A DNA stretch of 41,685 nt from NCBI GenBank assembly GCA_001275005.1, contig JWZX01003080.1, forward strand, positions 1 to 41,685. Reading direction: 5' to 3'. The notes beneath the pieces were generated by a model, which ran no database searches, was not told the origin of the DNA, and saw only the letters and a list, made by a program, of their open reading frames with translations. Below are positions 21,893-34,782 of the stretch, piece by piece. Each line of letters begins with the position of its first letter. The first letter of the stretch is position 1. This stretch comes from Chrysochromulina tobinii (taxonomy: Eukaryota). The translations under genes and the position numbers were made by a program.

Positions 21893-24800
21893 TCAAAACC
21901 GCTCTCCCGTCGTCCCATAGAGTTGGAAGGTGAAGAAGTGGAACCTCATGCGCGCCGTCATCGTGTGCGGCGTCGGCCCGCTCGGAGTCGGAGGCATATA
22001 GGACTGGCGCGGCAGGTAGAGAGGCACCTTTCGAGGCGAGCCCGAGACCCGGCCTGAGAGTGAGCTAGCTCGAGTGGCACTGCCACCGTCCGCGGGGCGC
22101 GGGGGGGGCAAATTGCGCGACGTGCCCGCCACGGTGGGTTGGCGCGTCGCGAGTCCATCGGCGGAGGCGGCGGAGGCGGCGAGCACCGCCGCCGAGATTG
22201 GAGGCGCCCCCGAGTCCGGGTCGGGGACGGGCACCGAGAGCAGCGTGAGCATCTCGACCACCTGCGCGCGCAGCCATGTGGGTGGTCCAAATGAGAGCGC
22301 CAGGAGCGCGTCGATGCCTCCGGAGTCTTTGATGGCCGGATGTGCGGTCTTATCGCGGCAGATGCACAGCAGGGCGGCGGCGGCGAAGCCACGCGTCTCG
22401 GTGTCGTCCTCAAGCAGCATCTTGATGAGCAGCGGGATGGCGCCACCCTCGGCGATCGCCTTGTCGTACACGCCTTCGTTGCCATCCGAGAGAGCCCAGA
22501 GGCAGCATGCCGCGTGCCGTTGCGTCATGCTGCGCTTGTCGGTGAGGAGTACAATGAGTGGCCGGATCGCGCCCGCGTGGTAGATGATCTTCTTGTTCGT
22601 GCCCAGGCTGCGCGCGAGCGCAGAGAGCACCGCGGCGGCATGCTCGCGCGCCTCGCCCGATTTGGAGGAGAGCACCTGCACGAGCAGTGGGATGGCGCCC
22701 GCGTCCCCCATCTGAATCTTGCTCTCGGCCGATGAGGCGAGGTGCCAGAGCGCGCCCGCCGCACACTTGTGCGTCTCAGTCGAGCTGCTCGAGAGAAGGG
22801 TCACGAGCGGCGGGATGGCGCCCGCCTCGGCGATCGTCGTCTTATTCGTGCCGAGCGCTGCAAGCTGCCAGAGCGCGCCGCTCGCGTACGTTTGCGTGGC
22901 GACGGAGTCGGAAGAGAGCATCGCGATAAGCGGACCCACCCCATTCGCCGCCACGATGGCACTCTTGTTATCCGACGAGCGAGCGAGGTCAGCGAGCACC
23001 GCCGCCGCGCGCTCCTGCGGGGTGTTGGCGCGCACGCGCCGCCCGTCACCGAGCAGGCGCACGAGCGGCTCGATGGCGTTGGCGGCGGTGATCGCTTTGC
23101 GGTTCTCCTCGGAGCGAGCGGCGAGCACCGCGAGGGCCTCGGCGGCGTTCATCTGCGCGGTCGCGCTGCGCAGTTCAAGCACCGCGATCAGCTTCTTGAC
23201 GACGGCGTTGCGGCTGTTGACGTCGTGTGAGGCGAGCGAGAGCAGCGCGCCTACCGCGTGCTCCTGCGTGTCCGCCGAGTCGGAGCCGAGGATGTCGACG
23301 AGTGGTGCGATCGCGCCCGCCTTGGTGAGGGCGATCTGATTCTCGGTATGGTCGCGTGCGAGGGACTGGAGAGCGGCGGCTGCGTACTGCTGCGTAGTGC
23401 CACTCTCGCTGGCCAGCAGCGCGACGAGCGGCGCGATGCCGCCCGCCTTGGCAATTGCGACCTGGTTCTCCTCAGTCGCCGCCAAGTGCCAAAGCGCCTT
23501 GCACGTGTGCTCGTAGGAATCGGCCTTGTGCATCGGCGTCTTATGGTTCAACAGAGCCACAAGTGGAGGGATCCCCTCCTCCTCGGTGATCATCGTTTGG
23601 TTGATGATGTTGTCCTTGGCCAGCGTCGCGAGAGCCCCAGCCGCCACGTTGGACTTCTTGAGTGCCGCCGTAATCGCCGAGTTCGTCGCCACGTGTGGCA
23701 GGGCACCGGATACCGAGCGCTGCTTGACCGGAGTGCCCACTGCCGATAGAGCGGTGCTACTCGATGCCCTTTCGAGGGCGGTGGCGGAGCTCACCATGGC
23801 CACGAGCGGCGAGATTGCACCCTCCTCGGCGATCTGCGTCTGCGTGTCCGGGTTATCCAGCGCAATCTCCGACAGAGCTCGCGCGGCCACCTCGGGGGGG
23901 CCGAGGCTTGGGTCGACGAGCCATTTCACAAAGGCGGAGACGGCGCCCGCTGCAGCGATCTCGAGGGAAGCGCTGGCGCGCCTTGCGAGCTGCGCGAGAC
24001 AGTCGGCCGCATGTTCCTTGGCGTCTGCATTGCCGTCCGAGAGCAGGACGACAAGCGGCTCGATGCCCTTGGCAAGCTTGATCGCCTTGGCGTTCATGCC
24101 GATGGGAGCGAGGCCGGAGAGCACCGCAGCCGCGTGCTCCTGAGCCACCGCCGAGAGCTTTCGAAGCCGTAACGACTCGATGAGCGCTTCGATGCAGCCC
24201 GCCTCAACGATGGCCTCGCGCGAGATGGTGTCCGAGATGGCCAGCAGTGAGCGCAGCGCGTACTCCTGCGCCTCCACCCGTCCGTCCTTGAGCCCATCCT
24301 TGAGCAGGTTGACCAGCGGCACACCCTGGACTCCGGCGCTGGGACCGGACTTCTTCGCCTTCGAGGTCGTCGAGTTCTTATCATCCGCCGCCATGTCGGT
24401 GAGCGCCTCGGACGCGCGCTGGCGCACGGCGGCCTTGTCGGAGGCAAGGAGCTTGACAAGCTCCTGCGTCACGGTCGCATGGGTCTCGGCCGACTTGAGC
24501 GCAATGAGCGCCAGGCCCTGCGCGGCCATGCTCATCGACTTGTCCGAGCCGCACTCGAGCTGGCGCACGAGATCGGGCACCGCGCCAGCCTTGGCGATGG
24601 CCGACCGATTCTCGGGGTCCTTGGCGAGATTGCGCAGCAGCTGCGTGACGTGCTCGGCTGCCTTCGGGCTGTCGCCGTGCGCCTTGAGCATGGCCACCGC
24701 CTCGTATGCTGCCGACGTCTGATTCACGACGTTCTGCACGCAGAGGGAGATGAGCGCGCCCGCTGCCTGCTCGCAGGCCTTTTCGGATCCGCCGTCGAAG

Positions 24801-27800
24801 AGCGAGACGAGCAGAGGGATGCCGCCTCCGATGGCTGGGTGGCCGTCAGCGATGGTGATCCTGTTCTCCGCCGTCTCAGCGAGTGCGTGCAACGCTCCCG
24901 CCGCCGTCTCCTGCGCACCTGGGCTGCCCGTCTTGAGCAGGCCGACGAGCGGAGCGATGCCGTGCATCTTGCCGATGGTCTCCCTGTTGTGCTCGTCGTC
25001 GGCGAGAGCCCAGAGTGCGCCCGCCGCGTCGCACTGCACCACAGAATGCCCATCGAGCATCATGATGAGTGGCTGGATGCCGCCCACCTTGGCAATCGCC
25101 GCCTGGTTCTCAGGGCTGTTGTGCGCCATCGACCAGAGTGCCGCCGCCATCTCCTTTTGCACCTTGGCCGCGTCCAGGACCACGGACGCCGAGTGGCTGG
25201 AGCTGTTGCTATGCTCCTTGGGAGCTGCCCTGGCGTCCTCCACGTTGAGGAGGCTGACGAGCAGCTCGATACCGCCTGCCTTGGCGATCGAGCGCTGGTT
25301 GGACGCGTTCGCTCGCGCAAAGCGCGAGACGGCGAGCGCGGCCTTGGCGGAGGCTTGCTTGTCCTCCGAGCCGAGCAGCGACACGATGAGCTGCGCAATT
25401 GCCTCCTCGTTCTCCGTGTTGTTGAGTGCGAGCGCTGCGAGCGCGCCCGCAGCTTGCTCACGCGCCTTTTCACTCGTGAGCCCAAGGACGGCGACGAGCG
25501 GCGCGATGCCGCCTGCGTTGGCGATGGCGACTTGGTTCTCGTGGTGCTTCCCGATGCACAGCGACCAAAGGGCGGAGGCGCTCGCTTCCTTAGCGTAGTC
25601 TCCGCCGCCCTCGGTATTGAGCAGGCTGATCAACGGCTCGATGCCGCCGTCGCTCGCGAGCTTGTCCTGGTTCTTCTTATTGTTGTGCGCCAGCACGGCG
25701 AGCGCCGCGGCCGCCTCGGCAGACACCTCCTCGTGCACGGAGCTCGCGAGCAGTGACACAAGCTTGCCGATGCCCTTGTTCTTCTCGACGGCGTCCTGGA
25801 TCTCGGTCATGCCGACGGAGAGAGCGGCGATCGCGCCCGCGGCGCGCTTGCGGATGGTGTCGTCCTCCTCGGAGAGCAGAGCGACGAGCGGCCGAATGGC
25901 ACCGGCGTCGCTCACCGCTTTCTGGAGTTCCGCTTGTGAGCCGCCCTCCGTGTTCGAGGTGAGGGTGCGCAGGGCGGAGGCGGCGGAGGCCTTGGCCGCA
26001 CTGCTGCTCTCCCTGCCGAGCATCGCGACGAGTGGCACGATCCCGCCCTCGCTCATGATCTGGGTCGAGCTCTTGTTCGAGATCCGGGCGAGCTCGGCAA
26101 GCACCGCCGCCGAGTACGCCTGCGCCCCCGCCGTGCCGGTCGTGAGCATCGAGACGAGCGGCCGGATGCAGTTGGACGACAAGATGCCGCGGATGCCATC
26201 CTCGGTGGCGGCGAGGCACGCGAGGACCGCCGCCGCGAGCTCCTGAGCGATCGCCGAGGTTGACCCTCCGCCACGCAGCTGCACCACCAGCCGTGGTACC
26301 GCGCCGGCCCGTACGATGGCCACGCAGTTATCCGCATCTTTGGAGAGGGTGAGTAGCAGCTGGCTCACGTGCTCCTGCGACTCGGCAGAGCCAGTACCCA
26401 CGAGCACCACCAACCCGGACGCGATGGCGAGCTGCGTAGAAGGCGAGTTGAGCGCGAGCGTCGAGAGAGCGCGCGCCGCTTCCTCTTTCACATCCGCGGC
26501 GCCGCCGCTCAACAGGTTGACGAGCGGCGAGATCGCGCCCGCATTCACGATGACCACGGGCGAGCCTGGGTTGTCGCGCGCTAGGTCGCTGAGCACGCAC
26601 GCTGCGCGCCGCTGCGTGCCCGTGTTCTGGTTGGCGAGCAGCCCGACGCAGTACTTGGAGATCTGCATCTGGTTGTCGGCGTTCTTGGTCGCGAGTCGAG
26701 CGAGCGCGTTCGCCGCATTCTTCTGCGCCTGCTCGGTGCCGTCGTCGATGATGGCCACCATGGGCGAGATGCCGCTACACTTGGCGATCGCGAGCTGGAT
26801 AGGCCGGTCGATGGCCATGTGCCAGAGGGCACCCGCCGCGTTTTCGCGCGCCTGCGTGGTGCCCGAGCTCAGCAGGGCAACGAGAGGCTGGATCGCACCC
26901 GCCTCGGCGATGCTGGTCAGTCGATCGTTGCTCTCCTCGTCGTCGTCCTCGTCGTTGTCGTCTTGCCCGTCCGCGGTGAAATTCAACGCGCGATCCAAGG
27001 CGCGCAGAGCAGCCAGCTCCGCCCTGGCCGCCCTGTCCTTCTCCTTCTGCTGCTCGGCCGCCTGACGGACCTTGAACGCGCCGAAGGCCAGATCGGAGAG
27101 GGCCGCAGCCGCCATCTCTTGGGCCTTGGGCGAGCCCATCTTGAGGAGCTGCACGAGGTCGGGGATGGCGCCCGCCTCGATGATGATCACGTGCACCTCG
27201 AAGAGCGCGGCGAGGTGCCAGATCGCACGCGCCGCGTGCTCCTGCCCGAGCTGTGAGCCTATCCGGATGAAGGCCAGCAGCGCAGGCACGGCTCCCGCTT
27301 CGATGATCGCATCCTGCATGTCGGCGTTGTTGTACGCAATGTCGGCGAGCGCGATTGCCGCCTGTTCCGACATGCCCACCTTGGGGCCCGCCTCGGCGTC
27401 CTTCATGTCCTTGCCTTTGGTGCTCGCCCCCCCCTTTTCTTTCGCATCGGCAATAGGATCCTTGCGTGCTGGCGTGGTCGGCGGCACCCAGCCCTTGACC
27501 TTGACGCCTCCGGTCAAATTGGAGCCGTCGAGCATCGAAATGAGCCGCTTGATCCCTCCCATCATGTAGATTTGGGCTCGCCGCTCCGCCGCGCCCTTGA
27601 TCTCGCCGTCCTTGGCGGTTCGAGCCTTGGCCTCCGCGACGTCGCCGAGCGCAGCGATGAACTCGACCGGGTTCTCCATGAGCGCGTCGATCGACTCCGC
27701 GGCGACTAGCTTGGCCTCGGCCACGTCCCATTGCATGCCCGCCTTCGTCAAGAGGGGCTCGAGCTTAGGGCGCAGTCGCGTGAGCATCAAGAGCCGCGCC

Positions 27801-30800
27801 TTGGCCTCGACGTCCACGACGCTCGGGTCCTCGTGCGCGAGGCGTGCGAGCACGCGTGCCGCCGTCTCGGGCGTGCCGATCGTCGGGCTGGAAAGCAACG
27901 CGATGATGGGCTGGATGCCGTGCGCGTTCGCCACGATATCGCGATTCTTGGGCACGAGGGCGAGCTCGGAGAGGCAGCTCGCTGCCTGCTGCTGCGAGCC
28001 CGCGGAGCCGCTCTCAACGAGCCTGACGAGTGGCAGCACACCGCCCTGCGCGGCGATCTGGATGGACACCTCTGTGTTTCCGCGCGCGAGGCGTACAAGG
28101 ATGATGGCCGCAAGCTCGGCTGCCACGTCGCCTTCCGCGGCGAGCATGCCGATCAACGGCTTGATCGCTCCCGCGTTGGCGATCAGGGTGCGGTTCTCTT
28201 CTTGAGACGCCATGTGCCACAGGGCTCGTGTCGCGTACTCCTGTGCCTCGACCGACGACTTGGCGACGAGAGCGATGAGCGGCGGGATGGCATCGCTCTT
28301 GGCAATGAAGACCTGTGTGGTCGCATTGTCACTCGCGAGGCAGAGGACTGCGTGGGCCGCCGCCGCCTGTGTGGTCACCGTGGTGCTTTGGAGCCAGGTG
28401 ATGAGGGGCGGGATGCCGCCGAGCTTGGCCAGGCCCACCTGATTGGCGGCCGAGTCGCTCGCAAACGAGGAGCACGTATTGAGCACGCGCTCGGCGCGAT
28501 CGGCAGTGCGGACCGCCGAAGAGCCGAGCAGACCTACGAGCCGCTTGGCAATGAGCTGCCGATTGTCCATGTGCTTCGCTGCGAGGGCGGCGAGCGCGCC
28601 CGCGACGTACACCTGCGACTTGTCGGTGCTGCCCGTGACGAGAAGTCCAAGGAGAGGGTCGATGCCGCCCAGCTTGGCAATCGTATCCTTATTGCCTTGG
28701 TGGTCGGTCGCCAGTGCAAGGATGGCCGCAGCGCATTGGTCTTTGGTGTCCTCAGAGCCCTCACGCATCAGTGTGCATAGCGGGGCGATTGCCCCGGTGC
28801 GTGCGATCGCACTCTGGTTCTCGGTGTGGTTTTGCGCCAGGTTGGCGAGCGCGCCCGCCGCGTTCGCCTGCATCTGGGACGAGGGCGAGCCGAGCATCCC
28901 TACGAGCGGCTGAATGGCACCTGCCTCTGCGATCGCATCCTGATTCTTGCGATTGCCCTTGGCCATCTCTTGCAGGGCGTCCGCCGCGAGCGTGCACAGC
29001 TGCATGAGCGACGCGTCCTTGACCGTCTGGTTCGAGAAGCCGGCCATCACCCCCACGAGCTTTGGGATGCCGCCCGCACGCGAGACGAGCGCCTGGTTGT
29101 TCTTCGAGTTGCGGCAGAGCTCCTTGATAGCGCCGACGGCGTTCTCCTTGGCCTTGGCCGACGCCGAGTCGAGGATGTCGAGGAGCGGCACGATGCCGTT
29201 GGCGTCCACGATCGACTTGCGATTGTCCTCGGACTCGCGTGCGAGGTTGGCGAGCGCGGCGGCGGCCTGCTCCTGCGCCGCGGCGGCGCCGGTCCCTCCG
29301 CCCTTGCACTGGGCCGTGCGGCTACCCTCGACATCGCTGCTCGCATTCGCCCTCTCGCGAGCGGCCGTCTCCTGTGCGGCGGCTCCCGAGTCTTGGAGCA
29401 TGTCGACCAGCTTCTTGATGATGAGCACCCGGTTCGCGTTCTCGATGGACAGGCGTACAAGTGCCCCTTCGGCATGCTCGCGCGCGCGCCGGTTGTTGCA
29501 GCCGAGGAGCATCACGAGCCAGCCAATGCCTCCGCTCTCCGTGATGCCGACGCGGTTGCCTTCATGGTCGGCGAGCGCAAAGAGCGCGCCCGCCGCCTCC
29601 TCCTGTGCCTCCGGGCCGAACGTGCCTTCAAGCAGCGCGACGAGCAGCACAATCGCACCCGCCTCGGCAATCGCCGCCTGCGTCGACGCGTGGTCCTTCG
29701 AGAGGCGCGCGAGCGCTCGTGCTGCGTACTTCTTCGTCTTCTGGGCCTCATCTTCGAGGACAAGCACGAGAGGACGAATGCCGCCCGCGCTCACAATCTC
29801 GTCGCGAGCGTCCGAGTCGGTCGCCAGGTTGGCGAGCGCGTCCGCGCCGTACATGCGTGCCATCGGGTTCTCCTTGGCGTTCAGCGTGAGCAGCTTGATG
29901 AGGGGCTGGATGCCTCCGCACTCCGTGATCGAGGCACGCGTCTCCTCGTTCTCGAATGCGAGCTTGGCGAGCGCGGAGGCGGCCTGCTCCTTGATGAAGA
30001 CGCGAGCATCCGAGAGCTGCTGGATCAGCGGCTGCACGCCTCCCGCCTCGGAAATGATCGACTGGTTCTTCTTCTCAATCGAGAGCGACAGCGCCCAGAG
30101 GGCATAGTCCTTCGCTTCCAAATGACTACTCTTCAGGAGCGCGACGAGCTGCGCCGGGTTGCCCGCCTGCGCGATCACCTCGTGCGCGGACGTGTTCTCC
30201 TTCACGAGGGCGTTGAGAGCCTTCACAGCACGCTCCTGCGCCTCGCGATTCCCGTTGATGAGCAGCTCGACGAGCAACTGCGTGAGCACCACTTGGTTCG
30301 CCTTGTTATCGAGACCCAGCGAGGCGAGTGCGCCGGCTGCGTGTTCTCTGGCGCGCACGGAGCCCATCCCAAGAAGGGTGACGAGCGGCGCGTTGCAGAA
30401 CCCGAACATGGCCTTGATCTCGGGGGTTTCGGAGAGCGACCAGATCGCGCCCGCCACCTCGGCCTTAACACGCTCGTCGTTGCTCGTCTTGATCAGATTG
30501 CCGAGCTGACCCACGGCGCCGAGGTCGACGACGGTCTTCTGGTTGGGCAGGTTGCCGCGAGAGATCTCCATGAGCGCGCTGGCCGCGTAGCTCGTCACAT
30601 CCGTCGAGCTCGACTCGAGCAGCTGCACGATCGGCTTGATGCCGCCCATCCTCGCGACGGCATCTTGGTTGTCGCGATTGTGGCGGGTGAGCTGTGCAAG
30701 CGCCGCCATGCTCTTCGACTGTGCTGAGGCGCTCCGTGACGAGAGCAGCGCGAGGAGCGGCCCGAAACAGCCCGCCTTGGCGATCGCCGCCTGCGTCTCC

Positions 30801-31918
30801 GTATTGTCGTCCGCAATCTCCGCCAGCGCCTCTGCCGCGGCGACCTGTGCGTCCATGTCGATGCCGTTGAGCAGCGAGAGTAGCGGAGCGATGCCGCCCG
30901 CCTCGGCGATCTCCGTCTGAATGTCCTTGTTTTCGTGCGCGAGCTTGGCGAGCGCAGTCGCCGCTGCCATAAGGGAGGCCAGCAGCATGCAATGAGGGAG
31001 GTACGCAGCATGCAATGAGGGAGGCCATCAGCATGCAATGAGGGGGGCATTTCAGCATGCTATGAGGGTGGCATTCAGCATGCTATGCGGGTGACAGGCA
31101 GCATGCGATGTAGGAGGGAGCTTTGGCGGGGGCATTCTCACGGCCGTCAGCATCGGGGCGCACCCACGGGAGGCAGGGGACGCGCACCAGAGGGCGGCGA
31201 TGACACGTACAGGCATGAGGGGGCAATCATTTGTGGGGGCGATCACATGGGGGCGATCAACGTCACGCTATGTGTGCCACGTGTGCTCGTCGGATGACCC
31301 ACCTGGCTTCTGCGCCTTGCCAGTACCGAGCAGGCTGAGCAGCAGCGGGATCGAGCCCGCGCTCGCGATGTTCCGCTGCGCCTCGCCGCTGTAGGCGGCC
31401 GCATTGGCTAGCGCCTGCGCGGCAAAGGACTGGGCCGCGCCAGAGCCCCCCTTGACGATGGCGACAAGGGGCGGGATGGCCCCGGCCTTGATGATGCCCT
31501 GCTGGTGCGAGACGTCCGCATCGAGCGCGGCGAGCGCGGACGCCACCTGCTCCTGCACCTTGGAGCTGCCCATCTTGAGCAGGTTGACGAGCGGCCCAAT
31601 CCCGCCTGCGGCGACGATCGCCTCTTGCGTGTCCGGCTTACCCAGCGCGAGGACACCGAGCGTTGCAGCGGCCGACTCCTGGCTGCACGCCGTCCCGGAG
31701 CTCAGCAGCTTCACGAGCGGCTCCACCGCCTTGGCGGCGAGCACGTCCGGCTGGTTCTGCCCATGGTTTTGGGTCGCAAGGCTCCGAAGCTGTGCCGCTG
31801 CGTGATCACGAACCTCGGAGTTGCCCGTGGTGATCTCGGCGACGAGGTTCCTAGCTAGCTGCGGGATATCGCCCGCTTTGCTGATGTCCTTGGCGGTGAT
31901 CGTCGTCCCCTTGCCCAT
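21893..31918 (-). CDS. Giant armadillo-repeat (Vac8-like) protein; exons 31918-31303 and 30963-21893, ~3,230 aa (alternative upstream ATG at 31996)
   Basis: Dozens of ~42-aa ARM repeats (IAEAGAIPPLVxLL...QExAAGALxxLA). ORFs 31268..31996 and 21893..31015 join through a phase-1 intron giving GKAQKP-AATALAKLA, completing a repeat. Confidence 0.9.
30964..31302 (-). other. Spliceosomal intron (339 bp, phase 1) with ~22-bp minisatellite
   Basis: cag|GTgggt donor, atggcAG|cg acceptor; repeated cctcat(t/a)gcatgctg units near the 3' end; frame restored. Confidence 0.88.
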
Positions 31919-32085
31919 CGCAGGGCCCGCGGGTCGAGTCGCCACGAAGCGCACGCAGGCCCCAAAACTTGCGAGACCAAAAAAAGTGTAAAACATGAAC
32001 AGAAACAGTTTCGCGAAAATCGTGCATGCGTTTTCCGCGCGCTAACGCAGCAAAATTACGCAAGTGTGCACGTCACAAACAGTCC

Positions 32086-34088
32086 CTATAGCTTTCGATC
32101 CAGAGGACTAAAGAGGCGCCTCCTCGGGCGCCACTGTATGCGGCGCAGGAGGGCAACGGCCATGGCCAAGACGACGTCGCGGCCGAGGCGCCGCCCGCCG
32201 GGTGTGCGCAGCGCCTCGAGGAGCAGGCTGCGTCGCGGACGGCCGGAGAGGCCAGAAGCCTCATCCACGAGCCGGCGGACTCGCGCGAGGTCAATGCGGC
32301 CATCGGCATCGCGCGTGAGCGCATCGAGGGTGCGCCGCAGCCGCGGCGAGCCCGTTGGGTCGGCAAGGAGCCGCCGGAGCGCGAACGGGTAGACGGCTTG
32401 CAGCACGTCGAAGGAGGGGTCGGCGGAGCGCGCCATCCCTTCGAGAGTGGCGAGCGCGCGCGCATTGTTCAGGAAGTAAGGCGGAAGTTGGAGCGCAAAT
32501 CGCGGCGCGAGCACGGCGAGCTCGGCGATCAGACGATCGAAGCGGAGGGTCGGCAGCGTGGATGCTGTGGTCGTCGCCGCTGGGGTCGCCCCTCCTCCTC
32601 CTCCTCCTGCTGCTGCTGATCCCGCCGCGGCTGTGGAGCCGGCGCCGGTGCGGACAGTGGAGGGCGGGACGAGGACACGGTCGGCGAGGGCAGTGAGGGC
32701 AGCTTCAAGATCGCATCGCGTGTCGCCAGCCCGTAACTCGTCGTCCGGCAGCAACATGAGATCGGTGAACAGATCGGCGACTGCACCAATATTCCGGTCG
32801 AAGAGCAAGCGTGCCACCGCACACACGAGCGCCTCTCGCACCTGAAACCGCCAGAGGGCAATCTCAGATCAATCTCAGATCAACCTCAGAGAGAGCACCT
32901 GAAACCACCGGAGGGCTCACTCTCAGGACTCACTCTCAGAGGGGCACCCGAAGAAGGCTCATCAGAAGGCAATCTCGAGCAGCCGAGGGCGAATCTCGCG
33001 CGGATCTCGCGCACCTGCAGAGGCACCTCGCTCACAAGGCCAAAGTCCAAGTACGCCAAGCGCGGGGGCAGCGGCGGACGGCGGAGGAGGGCTCGGAGGG
33101 CGCGCTGCGGCCGCGAGAGCGTGCGTGAGGGGGCACGTAGCAGGTTCCCGCCGTGCGGGTCCGCGTGCATCACGCCCTCCTCGAGCATCTGGGAGAGCGT
33201 CGCATCGATACCGAAACGCACGAGAGGCAGCGAGCTCGGGGGGAGCGTCGCGTCCCCTCGCGGCAGTAAGGGCTCGCCCTCGACCCACGTCATCGCCAGG
33301 CAGCGCCCGCCGCTGTGCCCGGGCAGGGCCTGCGGCAGCACAATCTCCGCAGCGGCGGCCACTGTCGCACCGGCCTCGCCTCGCCGCCGCCGAGCAGTCG
33401 CCGCGAGCGCCCGGGCCGCTGGCTGGCCTGGGCGGTAGAGGGCCCCGAATTTGGCGAGATTGGCCCGTTCATTCGCATAGTCCATCTCTTCGAAGAGGCG
33501 CGAGAAGAATTCGTCCACAGCCGCGACGAGCGCCGGCTTGAGTAGGCGCGCTCCGCTGGCAGTCGGAGGCCATCGGAGGGATTGTAGCCATCCGGCAGCA
33601 GCGCGCGCCAGCAAGGAATCCATGGCGATGGTTTCGCGCGCGCCTGGCCTGAGGAGCTTGAGCGCGACCGGCGAGGCGTACGAGGGAAGTGAGAGACGGT
33701 ACACCTGGCCGAGGGAGGCGGCGGCCGCCGGCCGCTCGGGCAGCGCCGCCAGCACCTCGTCCGCCGCAGCAGGCGGGAGGTCCTCGCGAATGATTCTCTG
33801 CACATCGGCCAGCGCGAATGGCGTGCACGAGTCCTGCAGCAGACGCAAGTCGTCAGCGATGGCGCGGCCGACGAGGTCTGGCCGATTTGCGAGGGCCTGA
33901 CCGAATTTGATCACCGACGGTCCGAGCGCCTCGATACTCATGTGCAACGGAGTGCCAGGCACGAGAGCGCGCACCACCGTCACGCTGATGGAGGCAACGC
34001 GCCCACGAAGTGCTGCCGCACCCTCGGCTGTATAGTAGTGGGCCGCGATGGCGGATGCGTCGTAGGCCGCTGGCAGCGGTGGCCTCAT
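32086..34088 (-). CDS. ABC1/UbiB (ABC1K) atypical protein kinase; exons 34088-33015 and 32841-32086, ~609 aa
   Basis: Family motifs LGPSVIKFGQALANRPDL, LQD, AAASLGQVY, VALKLLRPG, EEMDY..E..N, MTWVEG, HADPHGGN, YLDFGLV, LPPYF...RALATLEG.A...DP.F. Confidence 0.9.
32842..33014 (-). other. Spliceosomal intron (173 bp, phase 0)
   Basis: cag|GTgcgc donor, gtttcAG|gtgcg acceptor; gives VSEVPLQ|VREALVCAV. Confidence 0.88.
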
Positions 34089-34293
34089 GAAGGTCCGACT
34101 GCAGCATCATCGTGTGAACTCGTGTGAATGCAGCTCCAAAAAGGAGATTTTGTAGACCGCGAACCTGTCCACGATTGTGCGTGTCCAGGATCCACGAGAG
34201 GTTGAGAAGGGCGGGGAGAAATACATGCTAAATCACTAGTGCTACATGTAAATCACCGAGCCAAAAAAGGTTGTCGCCCCACACGACTTTCCA

Positions 34294-34497
34294 ATGTCTG
34301 AAGACCTCGCGGAGCGTCAACAGCGGCAACAGGAGTCAAAGACGCTCCTGGATACGGGCTCCCAGCCGAGCTTCTGGCGGCACTACTGCTGGTTTCCAGT
34401 GGTGCTCGTAGCCTGCGTTCTAATGTTCGGCTTGTACTACGCGTACATGAGAGTAGCTGAGAAAGAATTAGGTGATGATGACGACGGAACAAGGTAG
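34294..34497 (+). CDS. Small single-pass membrane protein (67 aa), possibly the first exon of a longer gene
   Basis: ATG-initiated ORF divergent from the ABC1 kinase; charged N-terminus, one hydrophobic helix (CWFPVVLVACVLMFGLYYAY), acidic tail. Ends at aag|gtag, which could be a splice donor. Confidence 0.45.
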   Translation: MSEDLAERQQRQQESKTLLDTGSQPSFWRHYCWFPVVLVACVLMFGLYYAYMRVAEKELGDDDDGTR

Positions 34498-34745
34498 CGA
34501 CGATCTTCGAGCCTGCACTGCAATGCTGGGTGCACAGAGAGCGCTTGAGAGGCATCCTCGGCGGGCGGCGCATGCAGTACCAGGCCCGTCAAAACGACTA
34601 CAACACTGCGCATCTATAATGCGCATGATCAGACGCAGTTGCAAACCAGTCAAGTATTGACGTGATGTTTGATGCGGATCTGAGAGAAAGAGCTCATTCG
34701 AGGTAGTTCGTACCAGCCCGACCATGGGCACAATCTCGCTGGCTT

Positions 34746-34782
34746 GGGTCAGGGTCAGGGTTAGGGTCAGGGTTAGGGTTAG
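34746..34782 (+). repeat. Interstitial telomere-like repeat (TTAGGG/TCAGGG), about 6 units
   Basis: gggtca gggtca gggtta gggtca gggtta gggtta g. Confidence 0.85.
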
